Below are positions 1 through 9,576 of a DNA stretch of 64,000 bases, one piece after another. Made by a program: the position numbers and the translations under genes. The notes beneath the pieces were generated by a model that was not told where the DNA came from, made no database searches, and saw only the letters and a list, made by a program, of their open reading frames with translations. The stretch is from the NCBI GenBank assembly GCA_963771355.1, contig CAVYTA010000007.1, positions 160,001 to 224,000 on the forward strand. The letters are read 5' to 3'. Origin of the DNA: an uncultured Candidatus Rokubacteria bacterium. GTDB taxonomy: Bacteria > Methylomirabilota > Methylomirabilia > Rokubacteriales > CSP1-6. Numbering within the stretch: position 1 is the first letter of the stretch; each line of letters opens with the position of its first letter.

Positions 1-1884
1 AACACGTCGGACCTCGTCGCCCCCGCGTGGGTGAAGGCCTTCGGCATTCGCACCCTCCTCGTGGTGCCGCTGATCTCCGGCGACCGCGTCATCGGCACCC
101 TGGCCCTCGACGACACGCGCGGGCCGCGGGCGTGGACGGCCGCGGACCAGGATCTCGCCACCACGATGGCCGCCCAGGTGGCCCTGGCGGTGGACCGCGC
201 CCGCCAGTACGAGGAAGCCGCGCAGCGTGCCTCCGAGGTGCAGACCCTGTCCGCGGTCGGCGAGACGCTCGCCTCCACCCTCGACCTCCAGGAGGTGCTG
301 GACGCGATCGCGGACAGCGCGATCAAGGTCACCGGCGCGCAGCGGGCGGTGGTCTTCGAGATGGACCAGGCCGCGGGCCACCTGCTGGCGCGGGCGGTGC
401 GGGGGATGGCCGTCGACAAGGGCTACGTGGTGCACCTGGGCCAGGGTGCGGCGGGGACCGCGGTGGCGCAGCGGGCGCCGGTATGGAGCCCGGACGTGGT
501 GGCCGAGCCGCCCCCCGCCTATGACTCCATGCAGGTGCAGGCGGGCATGACCCTCGCCGAGATGGCCACCCACTTCGGCTACCGGGCGGTGCTCGCCGTC
601 CCCGTGGTCAGCCGCGATGCGGTGCTGGGTGCGGTATGCATCTACTGGGACGAGGTCCATCGGCCCGACGAGCGCGAGATCCGGCTCCTCAGCGCGCTGG
701 CGCGGCAGGCCGCCATCGCCATGGACAATGCCCGCCTGGTCTCCGATCTCCGCCGCACGCTGGACGACCTCAAGGCCGCCCAGGACACCCTGGTGCGCGG
801 CGCCACCCTGCGAGCGGTGGGGGAGCTGGCCGCGGGGGCCTCGCACCACCTCAACAACCTCATGGCGGTGGTGCTGGGGCGCACCCAGCTGCTCCTGATG
901 AAGAAGCCGCCCGAGGCGATGATGGCGAGCCTCAAGACCATCGAGCGCGCGGCGGTGGACGCCGCCGAGACGGTGCGGCGCATCCAGGCCTTCGGGCGCA
1001 CGGATACGAGAGACGCGGAGGTGGCCTTCGATCTCAACGGCACCGTGCGCGAGGGCATACAGCTCACGCGCCCGCGCTGGGAGCACGAGGCCCAGGTCCG
1101 CGGTGCTCGCGTCGAGGTGATCTACGACCCGGTGACGCCGCTGCGCGTGCCCGGGCGCGCCGCCGAGATCCGGGAAGTGGTGACCAGCCTCATCCTCAAC
1201 GCGGTGGACGCCATGCCCTCAGGCGGGCGCATGGTGATCCGCGTGCAGGCGGACAAGGGCCGAGCCGTCGTGTCGGTAAGCGACTCGGGCGCGGGGATGT
1301 CCGCGGAGGTGAAGCGTCGGGCCTTCGAGCCCTTCTTCACCACCAAGGGCGTGAAGAGCACGGGCCTGGGCCTGGCGGTGGCGTACGGCACCATCCGGCG
1401 TCACGGCGGCGAGATCTCCGTGGAGAGCACGGAGGGGATCGGCACCACGGTGACCTTCTGGCTGCCCACCGCGAACAGCGCGGTGACCGTGGCCGCGCCC
1501 CCCGCGGAGCCGCGGCCCGAGCGCAAGGGCAAGATCCTCGTCATCGACGACGAGGTGTCCGTCCTGGAGATCGTCGCCGAGGTGCTCTCCGCGCGCGGCC
1601 ACTCCGTCACGGTGGCGCCCGGCGGGCGCGAGGGCCTGCTGTCGTTCTCCTCGGGCGGCTACGACCTCGTGATGACCGACCTGGGCATGCCCGACATGAA
1701 CGGCTGGGATGTGCTGCGGGCGGTGAAGGACTCGCGGCCGGCCACCCCGGTGCTGGTCCTCACCGGCTGGGGCGACACCACCGAGGTGCCCTCGGGCGCG
1801 CGACCCGACGGCGTGCTCACCAAGCCCTTCGACCTCAAGCGCCTGGCGACGGCGGTCAGCGAGGCGCTGGCTCGGCCGGCGTGA
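1..1884 (+). CDS. Hybrid sensor histidine kinase (GAF-GAF-HisKA-HATPase-REC), 5'-truncated by window edge
   Basis: Frame open from base 1; two GAF repeats (LLVVPLIS..., VLAVPVVS...); H-box ASHHLNN; LILNAVDAM, DSGAGM, FEPFFTTK, GLGL; C-terminal receiver (ILVIDDE, TDLGMP, KPF). Confidence 0.93.
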   Translation, partial: NTSDLVAPAWVKAFGIRTLLVVPLISGDRVIGTLALDDTRGPRAWTAADQDLATTMAAQVALAVDRARQYEEAAQRASEVQTLSAVGETLASTLDLQEVLDAIADSAIKVTGAQRAVVFEMDQAAGHLLARAVRGMAVDKGYVVHLGQGAAGTAVAQRAPVWSPDVVAEPPPAYDSMQVQAGMTLAEMATHFGYRAVLAVPVVSRDAVLGAVCIYWDEVHRPDEREIRLLSALARQAAIAMDNARLVSDLRRTLDDLKAAQDTLVRGATLRAVGELAAGASHHLNNLMAVVLGRTQLLLMKKPPEAMMASLKTIERAAVDAAETVRRIQAFGRTDTRDAEVAFDLNGTVREGIQLTRPRWEHEAQVRGARVEVIYDPVTPLRVPGRAAEIREVVTSLILNAVDAMPSGGRMVIRVQADKGRAVVSVSDSGAGMSAEVKRRAFEPFFTTKGVKSTGLGLAVAYGTIRRHGGEISVESTEGIGTTVTFWLPTANSAVTVAAPPAEPRPERKGKILVIDDEVSVLEIVAEVLSARGHSVTVAPGGREGLLSFSSGGYDLVMTDLGMPDMNGWDVLRAVKDSRPATPVLVLTGWGDTTEVPSGARPDGVLTKPFDLKRLATAVSEALARPA

Positions 1885-2251
1885 TCCGGATCAGCACGCT
1901 GGTCTTGGCCGCCAGTCCCTTCCGGATGTAGCGGCCCATCCAGAGCGGCACCATGAGCCAGTACTTCCGGCGGTAGGTCGCCAGCAGCGCGGCCTCGAGA
2001 TCGGGCCGATCGTCGACCCACTCCGCGCGCCCCTCGAACGCAGGCCCGTCCTTCTTGCCCACACGCACCGTCACCCGCCCGTTATCGCGGATGCGGCGCG
2101 CCTTCAGGCTCGCGCGCTGGGTGGTGAAGTACACGTGGCCTTCGTGCGGCCAGAGCCACGTGGGAACGGTGCCCGCCTGGCCGGCCCTGCTGTAGGTCGT
2201 GAGATAGATGTACTTCGCGCGCCGGAGCGCGTCGGCGAGCGCCGGCGTCAT
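1856..2251 (-). CDS. Pyridoxamine 5'-phosphate oxidase-like (split-barrel flavin/F420-binding) protein
   Basis: MTPALADALRRAKYIYLTTYSRAG...VPTW...YFTT...KARRIRDNGRV pattern; ATGA overlap with the upstream methyltransferase. Confidence 0.75.
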   Translation of the reverse strand: MTPALADALRRAKYIYLTTYSRAGQAGTVPTWLWPHEGHVYFTTQRASLKARRIRDNGRVTVRVGKKDGPAFEGRAEWVDDRPDLEAALLATYRRKYWLMVPLWMGRYIRKGLAAKTSVLIRITPAEPAPR

Positions 2252-3009
2252 GACCCCCTCCTCCCGCGGTCCGAGACGATCAGGCGATAGCCGAGATCCG
2301 CCTCGCCCTGCGCGCGCAGGTGTCCGAATCGCGACTCCCAGCGCCCCGAGCCGAGATCCTCGGCCAGGCGCGCGAGCCCCGCATCGGCCCGCCCCGGCGC
2401 GAGCTGGGCGAAGCCCGACATCGCGCCCCGCACGCCGGGATCGAGATAGGCCTCGGGCCTCCGCCAGTAGGCCCCGAGAAAGCCGTCCACGCAATCGTGG
2501 GGAACAGGCAGCACGCGCGCGTCGATCGGCCCGAGCGCGCGCTCGAAGTCGCCCAGGGACGGGAAGCGCCCGGCGTCGAGGGCGACGATCTCCGGGAGGT
2601 ACTCGGCGGTGAGCCAGAAGGCGTTGCCGCGGGCGGGATCCCAGGTGAGGACGACGACCCGCCGGCGCGCCACGCGCGCCAGCTCGGTGAGGCCGGCGGC
2701 GCGATCGGCCCAGTGGTGCACGGTGAGCACGGCCAGCGCGGCGTCCACGCTGCCGTCGGCGAGCGGGAGCCGCTCCGCCACCCCCTGCACGGCGCGCGCA
2801 GCGCCGGCCGGACGCTGGCGGATCATCTCGCGCGAGGGCTCGACGGCAAGCACGGAGAGATCGGGAGGCTCGTAGGAGCCGCTGCCCGCGCCCACGTTCA
2901 CCACGCGGCGTGCGTCGCCCAGCGCGACGCGGATGGCGGCGGCCACGCGCGGATCGGCTCGCCGTTGACCGGTATAGCCGCGTCCAATGGTGTCGTAGAC
3001 GACCGTCAC
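2248..3009 (-). CDS. Class I SAM-dependent methyltransferase
   Basis: VVNVGAGSG motif I, AVEPS, AERLPLADGSVD, VHHW. Confidence 0.88.
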   Translation of the reverse strand: MTVVYDTIGRGYTGQRRADPRVAAAIRVALGDARRVVNVGAGSGSYEPPDLSVLAVEPSREMIRQRPAGAARAVQGVAERLPLADGSVDAALAVLTVHHWADRAAGLTELARVARRRVVVLTWDPARGNAFWLTAEYLPEIVALDAGRFPSLGDFERALGPIDARVLPVPHDCVDGFLGAYWRRPEAYLDPGVRGAMSGFAQLAPGRADAGLARLAEDLGSGRWESRFGHLRAQGEADLGYRLIVSDRGRRGS

Positions 3010-3160
3010 GTGATGAGACCCTCTCCACCGCGCGGGTGCCGCGGCTTGCGTCCGGACGGACCCCAGCCTACCATTGCCGTGCTCCGCGAAGGGGCGGAGC
3101 CGCGGCGTCGCAGGTTCACATTATGGAACGACGGACAGCCCAGCTCGGAGGATCCTGACC

Positions 3161-4792
3161 ATGCCCCCGCATCGCCATGCCTATCGTCCCGTCGTCATGG
3201 GCTCCCGCGGCGCGGTGACCTCCGCGCATCCGCTCGCCTCGATGGCGGGCGCGCGCATGCTGCTCGAGGGCGGCAATGCGGTGGACGCCGCCGTGGCGGT
3301 GGGTGCCGCGCTCAACGTGGTGGAGCCCTTCATGTCCAGCGCCGGCGGCATCGGGCTCATGCTGATCTCGCGCGCGCGCACCCGCGAGCGCCACGTGCTC
3401 GACTTCATCGGCCCCGCGCCCCTGGCGGCCGATCCCGCCCAGGCCACCGAGGACGAGCTGGCGGGCGGGCCCAAGGCCTTCGCCACGCCGGGCAATCTCG
3501 GGGGCTGGCTGGCCGCCCTGGAGCGCTTCGGCAGCATGCCGCGCGGGCGCGTGCTGGGTCCCGCCATCGAGTACGCCGAGAACGGCGTGCCCCTGACGTG
3601 GATGAACACCACCTTCTTCGAGAAGTCCCGCGAGACGCTCGCCCGCTCGGCGGAGGCGCAGCGGCTCTATCTCGGCAGTGGGTCGCCGCGGCCCGGCAAG
3701 ATCGTGACCTACAAGGAGCTCGCCGGCACGTTCCGACAGGTGGCGGAGGGCGGCGCGGAGGTCTTCTACAAGGGGCCCATCGCGAAAGCGATCGCCCGCG
3801 CGGTACGCGAGGCCGGGGGCTGGCTCACCGAGGCCGACCTGGCCGCCTTCACCCCGGAGTGGCGCCAGCCGGTGACCATCACCTACCGCGGCCACGAGGT
3901 GTCCTCGGTGCCGCCGCCCTTCTCCGCCTTCCAGATGCTCGAGACCCTGAACATCATGGAGGGCTTCGACGTGGCGCGCTGGGGGCACAATTCCCCCGAG
4001 CACCTGCACCATCTCATCGAGGCGATCAAGATCGCCTCGGCGGACCGCCTCGCCTATGCCTATCTCAACGACGTCTCGAAGATTCCCATCAGCGGGCTCG
4101 TGTCCAAGGCCTATGCTGCCTCGCAGCGGGCGCGCATCGATCCCGCCCGCGCGGGGGTGAGCGAGGGCGAGCGGCACACGCTCAAGCGGCGCACCGGCCA
4201 GATCTCCGAGGGGCATCCCGCGGACTTCATGCACGATCAGACCACCCACTTCGCGTGCGCGGACGCCGAAGGCACCGTGGTGTCGGTGACCCAGACCCTG
4301 GGCGGGCCCTTCGGCTCGGGCTTCGCGGTGCCGGGCACCGGGCTCGTGCTGAACAATATCCTCAAGTGGATGGACCTCGACCCCGCGTCGCCCAACGCGG
4401 TGCGGCCGGGCAAGAAGGCCGGCACCATGATGTCGCCCACCCAGCTCTTCCGCGACGGCGCCTTCACCATGTCCATCGGCACGCCGGGCTCGTACGGCAT
4501 CCTGCAGACGCAGACCCAGATGCTCATGAACGCGGTGGACTTCGGGCTCAATATCCAGGAGGCCATCGAGGCGCCGCGCATCCGCGTGTACGCCGACCGG
4601 CAGCTCGACGCGGAGGACCGCATCCCCGAGGCGACGCGCGCCGCACTCGCGGAGCGGGGGCACCAGATCAACGCCATCGACGACTGGTCCTGGATCGTGG
4701 GCGGCGGGCAGGGGATCATGCGCGATCCCGAATCCGGCGCGCTCATGGCCGGCGCCGACCCGCGGCGCGACGGCTACGCGCTGGCGATCTAG
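3161..4792 (+). CDS. ggt: Gamma-glutamyltransferase family protein (Ntn hydrolase)
   Basis: GGNAVDAAVA, VVEP, nucleophile motif TTHF, GTPG, APR, GADPRRDG; GGAGG RBS before ATG 3161. Confidence 0.92.
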   Translation: MPPHRHAYRPVVMGSRGAVTSAHPLASMAGARMLLEGGNAVDAAVAVGAALNVVEPFMSSAGGIGLMLISRARTRERHVLDFIGPAPLAADPAQATEDELAGGPKAFATPGNLGGWLAALERFGSMPRGRVLGPAIEYAENGVPLTWMNTTFFEKSRETLARSAEAQRLYLGSGSPRPGKIVTYKELAGTFRQVAEGGAEVFYKGPIAKAIARAVREAGGWLTEADLAAFTPEWRQPVTITYRGHEVSSVPPPFSAFQMLETLNIMEGFDVARWGHNSPEHLHHLIEAIKIASADRLAYAYLNDVSKIPISGLVSKAYAASQRARIDPARAGVSEGERHTLKRRTGQISEGHPADFMHDQTTHFACADAEGTVVSVTQTLGGPFGSGFAVPGTGLVLNNILKWMDLDPASPNAVRPGKKAGTMMSPTQLFRDGAFTMSIGTPGSYGILQTQTQMLMNAVDFGLNIQEAIEAPRIRVYADRQLDAEDRIPEATRAALAERGHQINAIDDWSWIVGGGQGIMRDPESGALMAGADPRRDGYALAI

Positions 4793-4801
4793 GAGGAGGC
4801 G

Positions 4802-5593
4802 GTGACGCTCAAGGACCGGACGGCGGTGGTGACGGGCGCGGGCTCCGGCCTCGGCCGCGGTATCGCGCTGGCCCTCGCCGCGCAGGGCGCGCGGGTGGCG
4901 GCGGCCGACATCGACGAGACGACGGCCAAGGAGACGGCGGCCATGATCGGCAAGGCCTCCGGCCGGGCCATCGCGCTCCGCGCGGACACCAGCCGCGCCG
5001 AGGACGTGGACGGGATGGTGACCGCCGCGGTGAAGGAGCTGGGGCCGCTGGAGATCATCGTCAACAACGCCGGGATCCTCGACGGCTACTTCAACGTGGA
5101 CGAGATGAGCGAGGCGGTGTGGCGCCGGACCATCGACATCGACCTCACCGGCGTCTTCCTCGGCTGCAAGCGCGCCATCGCCGAGATGCTGCCGCGCGGC
5201 CGCGGGCGGGTCATCAACATGGCCTCGGTGGCCGGGCTCAACGGCACCGGCGGCGGCGCCGCCTACGTGGCCGCCAAGCATGGGGTGGTCGGCCTCACGC
5301 GCCAGATGGCCGTCACCTATTCGGCGCGCGGCATCACCGTCAACTGCATCTGCCCTGGGCCCATCCTCACCGGCCTGCGGCAGCACTCGCAGCAAATCCT
5401 GGGGCCCGATGTCCCCGACATGAGCGGGCGCGGGGTGGCCGTCAACGACGATCAGATTCGCGGGCTGGTGCCGGTGGGCCGGCGCGGCACCGTGGAGGAC
5501 ATCGCGTCCGCCGTCTGCTACCTGGCCTCCGACGAGGCCGGCTATATCACGGGACATGCCATGGTTGTCGACGGAGGCTGGAGAGCCAAATGA
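4802..5593 (+). CDS. SDR family NAD(P)-dependent oxidoreductase
   Basis: TGAGSGLG, NNAG, YVAAK, VDGG; GTG start after AGGAGG. Confidence 0.94.
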   Translation: MTLKDRTAVVTGAGSGLGRGIALALAAQGARVAAADIDETTAKETAAMIGKASGRAIALRADTSRAEDVDGMVTAAVKELGPLEIIVNNAGILDGYFNVDEMSEAVWRRTIDIDLTGVFLGCKRAIAEMLPRGRGRVINMASVAGLNGTGGGAAYVAAKHGVVGLTRQMAVTYSARGITVNCICPGPILTGLRQHSQQILGPDVPDMSGRGVAVNDDQIRGLVPVGRRGTVEDIASAVCYLASDEAGYITGHAMVVDGGWRAK

Positions 5594-6732
5594 TCACCAA
5601 GTTCTCGGTACTCTACGTCGGGCAGATCGAGCTGGAGAACGTGGGGCTCCAGGGAACGCCCGCCAACGACCGGCGCTACGGGAACGAGCGGCTGGCCGAG
5701 GCCTTCCACACCGCCAAGGACGTCGCCCAGCACATGGACGAGCTGGGCTACTACTGCCTGTGGACGGCCGAGCACCACTTCCAGCACGAGGGCTACGAGG
5801 TCTTCCCCAACCTCATCCTCCTCGGCACCTGGCTCGCCACTCAGACCAAGCGGCTCAAGCTCGGCTGCGCGTTCAACGTGCTGCCGATGTGGCACCCCCT
5901 CCGCCTCGCCGAGGACTACGCGGCCGCCGACATCATGACCGGCGGCCGCATCATCATGGGGGTGGGCCGCGGTTACCACACGCGTGAGGTCGAAAGCTTC
6001 GGCGCGCCCATGCTCGACAACAAGGCGAACCAGGAGCTGTTCGAGGAGCAGATGGAAGTGCTCCTCAAGGCCTTCAACGAGGAGTCCTTCTCGCACCACG
6101 GCAAGCACTACCAGATCCCGCCGCCGGTGGAGTACCGCGGCTACACGCTCCGGGAGGTCACCCTCGTGCCCCGCCCCCTCCACCGGCCGGTGGAGATCTG
6201 GCAGCCCATCGCCTCGGGGAAGACGCTCCCGTACATCGCCCAGCGCGGGATCAAGGGCATGGTGACCCTCAACGGCGAGAAGATCTTCGATCAGGTCGCG
6301 CGCGCCTATCAGGCGGAGGCGGCCAAGGCGGGGCGGACGCTGGCGCTCGGCCAGGACCTCTGCTGGGGCGTGGGGCTCTACCTGGCCGACACCGAGGCGG
6401 AGGCCATCCGGCGCGTGGAGCCCTATCACGACGAGCGCTACAAGTGGTTCGCTCCCTTCGGCTTCGTGCGCTACGCGGACGCCGACGGGCGCTCCTGGGG
6501 CACGCCCGGCGCACCCGCGCGCATCCCCAGCATCCGCGACGGCGTCGAGCAGAAGGCCTGGCTGTGCGGGCCGCCCAAGCACGTGATCGAGGGGATCCGG
6601 CACTTCGAGCACACCTACCCTGGCCTCGACCAGATGATGATCCACTGGGCCGAGGGCATGGGGCCCAAGGAGTTCAAGGAGCAGCTCAGCTGGTTTGCCC
6701 GCGAGGTCATGCCGGCCTTCATCAAGCGATAG
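5590..6732 (+). CDS. LLM-class flavin-dependent oxidoreductase (luciferase-like)
   Basis: MITKFSVLY..., WTAEHHF, HPLRLAED, GVGRGY, FAREVMPAF; ATGA overlap with SDR stop. Confidence 0.92.
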   Translation: MITKFSVLYVGQIELENVGLQGTPANDRRYGNERLAEAFHTAKDVAQHMDELGYYCLWTAEHHFQHEGYEVFPNLILLGTWLATQTKRLKLGCAFNVLPMWHPLRLAEDYAAADIMTGGRIIMGVGRGYHTREVESFGAPMLDNKANQELFEEQMEVLLKAFNEESFSHHGKHYQIPPPVEYRGYTLREVTLVPRPLHRPVEIWQPIASGKTLPYIAQRGIKGMVTLNGEKIFDQVARAYQAEAAKAGRTLALGQDLCWGVGLYLADTEAEAIRRVEPYHDERYKWFAPFGFVRYADADGRSWGTPGAPARIPSIRDGVEQKAWLCGPPKHVIEGIRHFEHTYPGLDQMMIHWAEGMGPKEFKEQLSWFAREVMPAFIKR

Positions 6733-6754
6733 CGGCTGCCAAGCCCCCAGGGCA

Positions 6755-6780
6755 TAGCCCCCCCGGGGGGGTATACCCCC
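6755..6780. promoter_or_regulatory. C7/G7 inverted repeat, CsoR/RcnR-operator-like
   Basis: ATAGCCCCCCCGGGGGGGTATACCCCC in the intergenic region. Confidence 0.35.
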
Positions 6781-6831
6781 ACCCCGTAGTTCTCCCCTCG
6801 TGGGAGGCCCCCCAGGGATTGTATTTTTCCC

Positions 6832-6859
6832 TTGCACTCCCTCGTAGGCTCGCGATAAT
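6832..6859 (+). promoter_or_regulatory. Putative sigma70 promoter
   Basis: TTGCAC-16 nt-GATAAT preceded by an AT-rich stretch, upstream of ORF 6953. Confidence 0.55.
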
Positions 6860-6952
6860 ACCCTCGGCCGGATCGGGAGGCGCCGGGCGGCACATCCCAA
6901 TCACTCACGGCAAGGTATCAGTCGCCTCACACAGTCTGACGGAGGACGCAGA

Positions 6953-7111
6953 ATGGCGAAGGGCAAGAAGGCATTCGGTGGCTATGCCATCAACTTCAAG
7001 GGATGCAGCGACACGCTCGAGTCCGTGATGGGCTCCACGCCCATCGGGCCCTCGGAGATGACGAAGAAGATCTGGGCCTACGTGAAGAGGAAGAAGCTCG
7101 CGAAGAAGTAA
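6953..7111 (+). CDS. Small basic protein with partial SWIB/MDM2-like motif (52 aa; absent from ORF track)
   Basis: MAKGKKAFGGYAINFKGCSDTLESVMGSTPIGPSEMTKKIWAYVKRKKLAKK; GGAGG RBS 7 nt upstream; typical codon usage. Confidence 0.8.
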   Translation: MAKGKKAFGGYAINFKGCSDTLESVMGSTPIGPSEMTKKIWAYVKRKKLAKK

Positions 7112-7124
7112 GGCGCGCTCCCGA

Positions 7125-7167
7125 CCGGATGATCCTCGCCTTGCCCGGCGCCTCCAGGATCATCCGG
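7125..7167 (+). terminator. Stem-loop after the small basic protein gene
   Basis: CCGGATGATCCT / AGGATCATCCGG perfect 12-bp inverted repeat, 19-nt loop, no U-tract. Confidence 0.4.
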
Positions 7168-7235
7168 CCGCTTGACTTGCCCGCCTCGCTCCGCCGACAC
7201 TAGGCGCGCCGATATCAGGCGTCAGGAGGCGCGCG

Positions 7236-7577
7236 ATGATCATTCTGGCCACCGAGCGGTCCACGTATCTCGACGTCGACAAGATCGACTGGGAGCCCAC
7301 TCGGTTCCCCGGCGTCTATATCAAGAAGCTGTACGAGGACGCCTCGGGCAAGGCGACCTCCCTCACCAAGATGGACAAGGGCGCCGTGCTTCCCGATCAC
7401 CGGCACGTCGGGATCGAGCAGAGCTACGTGCTCCAGGGCACGCTGGTGGACGACGATGGCGCCTGCACCGCGGGCAACTTCGTCTGGCGCCGGCCCGGCT
7501 CGGTGCACAAGGCGTGGACGCCCGACGGCTGCATCGTCCTCGGGGTCTTCGAGAAGCCGAACGAGTTCCTGACCTAG
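7236..7577 (+). CDS. ChrR-like cupin domain protein
   Basis: LPDHRHVGIEQSYVLQG...GNFVWRRPGSVHKAW cupin motifs. Confidence 0.85.
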   Translation: MIILATERSTYLDVDKIDWEPTRFPGVYIKKLYEDASGKATSLTKMDKGAVLPDHRHVGIEQSYVLQGTLVDDDGACTAGNFVWRRPGSVHKAWTPDGCIVLGVFEKPNEFLT

Positions 7578-8239
7578 ACTCCCACGCGCTCGGGGATCTG
7601 GTCCAGCCGCTCCACCTCGTAGTCGGGAGTGGCGCCGAGCTCGTCCATGGGCGCGCCCTGTCGGTTGCACCAGCACGTGCGGTAGCCGAATCCGGCCGCC
7701 CCCGCGATGTCCCACGCGTTCGACGACACGAAGAGGATCTCGCGGGCGGCGAGGCCGAAGGCGCGCGGGCCCAGCTCGTAGACGCGCGGCGAGGGCTTGT
7801 ACACCTGCACCGCGTCCACCGAGAGCACGTGGGCGAAGGCTCCCTCGAGCCCGCTCGAGCGCACCGCCGCTTCCAGCATCCGCGGCGAGCCGTTCGACAG
7901 GATCCCCAGCGGTGCCCCCTTCAGTCGATCCAGGGCGGGACCCACGTCGGGGAAGGTCGCCATCGAGAGATAGGCCTCCATGAGGGCGGTCACCTGGGGC
8001 GGGCTCGGCTGCAGCCCCAGCCGGCGGAGCGTGAAGGAGAGCGCCTGCTGCGTCACCTCCCAGAAGTCGACATAGCGGTCCATGAGCGCGCGCAGCCACG
8101 TGTACTCGAGCTGCTTCTGGCGCCAGAGCGCGGACAGGGCCTGCGGGTCGCTGGTGATGGCCCGCCCCGCCTCGACCACGGAGTGGACGTCGAAGAGCGT
8201 GCCGTAGGCGTCGAAGACGAAGGCACTGGGTGGGGTCAT
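7574..8239 (-). CDS. Haloacid dehalogenase type II
   Basis: FDAYGTLFDV, WRQKQLEYTW, LSNG, YKP, VSSNAWD. Confidence 0.92.
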   Translation of the reverse strand: MTPPSAFVFDAYGTLFDVHSVVEAGRAITSDPQALSALWRQKQLEYTWLRALMDRYVDFWEVTQQALSFTLRRLGLQPSPPQVTALMEAYLSMATFPDVGPALDRLKGAPLGILSNGSPRMLEAAVRSSGLEGAFAHVLSVDAVQVYKPSPRVYELGPRAFGLAAREILFVSSNAWDIAGAAGFGYRTCWCNRQGAPMDELGATPDYEVERLDQIPERVGV

Positions 8240-8272
8240 GAGGGAACGGTCCTCCGCTCGGGAGGTCGGGCC

Positions 8273-9187
8273 CTACCCGGCGAACGGTATGGCCGCGCTC
8301 GAGCGCCGCGTGGGACGGCGCGGCGTCGCGGGACCGGGACGGCGGGGCGGCTCGTCGCCCCCGTCCAGCCCGTTGGCGATGAAGCCGTACTGGAGGAGCT
8401 TGCGCGCGTCGCGGAAGGAGAGGCTGCGGGTCTGCGCGCCCAGCACGATGAGCAGGAAGCGCTGACCCGCACGCCAGGCGGCGATGGCCAGGTTGTAGCC
8501 GGCCTCGTTCGTGAAGCCGGTCTTCAGCGCCTGCACGCCGCCGGGATCGTCGAAGAGCGGGATGCGCCGGCTGTACACGCGCCCGCGGTAGACGAAGGTC
8601 TTCCCCCCCAGGATGGTGCGTGATGCCGGATAGTCGGTGACGAGGTGGCCGATGAGGGCGGCCATGTCCAGGGCGTTCGTGCGCTGGGTGGGATCCGGCA
8701 GGCCATGGGGATTGGCGAAGCGCGTGGCCACCAGGCCGAGGAGCTGGGCCTTGGTGTTCATGCGCTGGACGAAGGCCTCCTCGGACCCGGCCAGATGCTC
8801 CGCCACCGCCGCGGCCGCGTCGTTGGCGGACGCGATGCCGACACCCTCGAGGAGCGTGCTCAGCGGCACCGTTTCCCTCATGCGCAGCCCCATCCGATAG
8901 CGCGGCGTCGCCGCGGCGTGGCGGCTCACCGTGACGCCCTCGTCCCATTCCGCCCGCCCTGCCTCCAGATCCTCGAAGGCGAGATAGAGGGTCATCAGCT
9001 TCACCAGGCTGGCAGGGGCATGATCGTCCCCGGAGTTCTTGGCAAAGAGCACCTTGCCGTCGGCGTCGAGGAGGAGCACGGCCTCCGCGTTGAGGGCCAG
9101 CCCCTGGCTGTTCTGGGCCGCCGACGGCAGCACGGCGGCGGCAAGCACGAGCCAGAGGGTGACGGAGAAGCCGACGGTGGAGCGCAC
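8273..9187 (-). CDS. D-alanyl-D-alanine carboxypeptidase (peptidase S11)
   Basis: Signal peptide; SxxK (ASLVK), SxN (SAND), NPHGL, KTG. Confidence 0.92.
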   Translation of the reverse strand: MRSTVGFSVTLWLVLAAAVLPSAAQNSQGLALNAEAVLLLDADGKVLFAKNSGDDHAPASLVKLMTLYLAFEDLEAGRAEWDEGVTVSRHAAATPRYRMGLRMRETVPLSTLLEGVGIASANDAAAAVAEHLAGSEEAFVQRMNTKAQLLGLVATRFANPHGLPDPTQRTNALDMAALIGHLVTDYPASRTILGGKTFVYRGRVYSRRIPLFDDPGGVQALKTGFTNEAGYNLAIAAWRAGQRFLLIVLGAQTRSLSFRDARKLLQYGFIANGLDGGDEPPRRPGPATPRRPTRRSSAAIPFAG

Positions 9188-9234
9188 TGCAGAAAATCTT
9201 ACCGCGGAGCCACGGGTGGCGGAAACGGAAAAGC

Positions 9235-9507
9235 CTAACGAATGGCGCGCTTCAACTCTTTCGAGGGTTTGAAGCGAGGGGTCCGGCCCGCCGCCACCAC
9301 CATCGGCTGGCCGGTGCGCGGGTTCTTGCCGCGTCGCGGCTTTCGTCGGCCGACCGAGAAGGTACCGAAGCCAACGAGCGTCACCGTCTGCCCTCGCTTG
9401 AGCGAGGTCTTGATCGAGGCCAGCAGCGCGCGCAGGGCGCGGTCGGACGCGGCCTTCGTCCAGCCGCTCGACGCCGCCATGGCCGCCACGAGATCCGCCC
9501 GAGTCAT
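9235..9507 (-). CDS. hup: HU family DNA-binding protein
   Basis: 90 aa; VTLVGFGTF, GKNPRTG, PRFKPSKELK; AAGGAG RBS. Confidence 0.93.
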   Translation of the reverse strand: MTRADLVAAMAASSGWTKAASDRALRALLASIKTSLKRGQTVTLVGFGTFSVGRRKPRRGKNPRTGQPMVVAAGRTPRFKPSKELKRAIR

Positions 9508-9576
9508 GCCGGAGCTCCTTTCCGTGTCGCGGGGCTCGGATATTAGCAGGCCCGCAGTTGGAGGGTCAAGGCGACG

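Noticed and set aside
1..1884. Hybrid kinase as cognate sensor of the FixJ-like regulators
   Set aside because: 54 kb away, separate gene context, no supporting link in the sequence
2320..6732. 1470-aa ORF as one giant protein
   Set aside because: Only the last 380 aa (from 5590) are a real LLM; the rest is Arg/Gly-rich off-frame overlap typical of high GC
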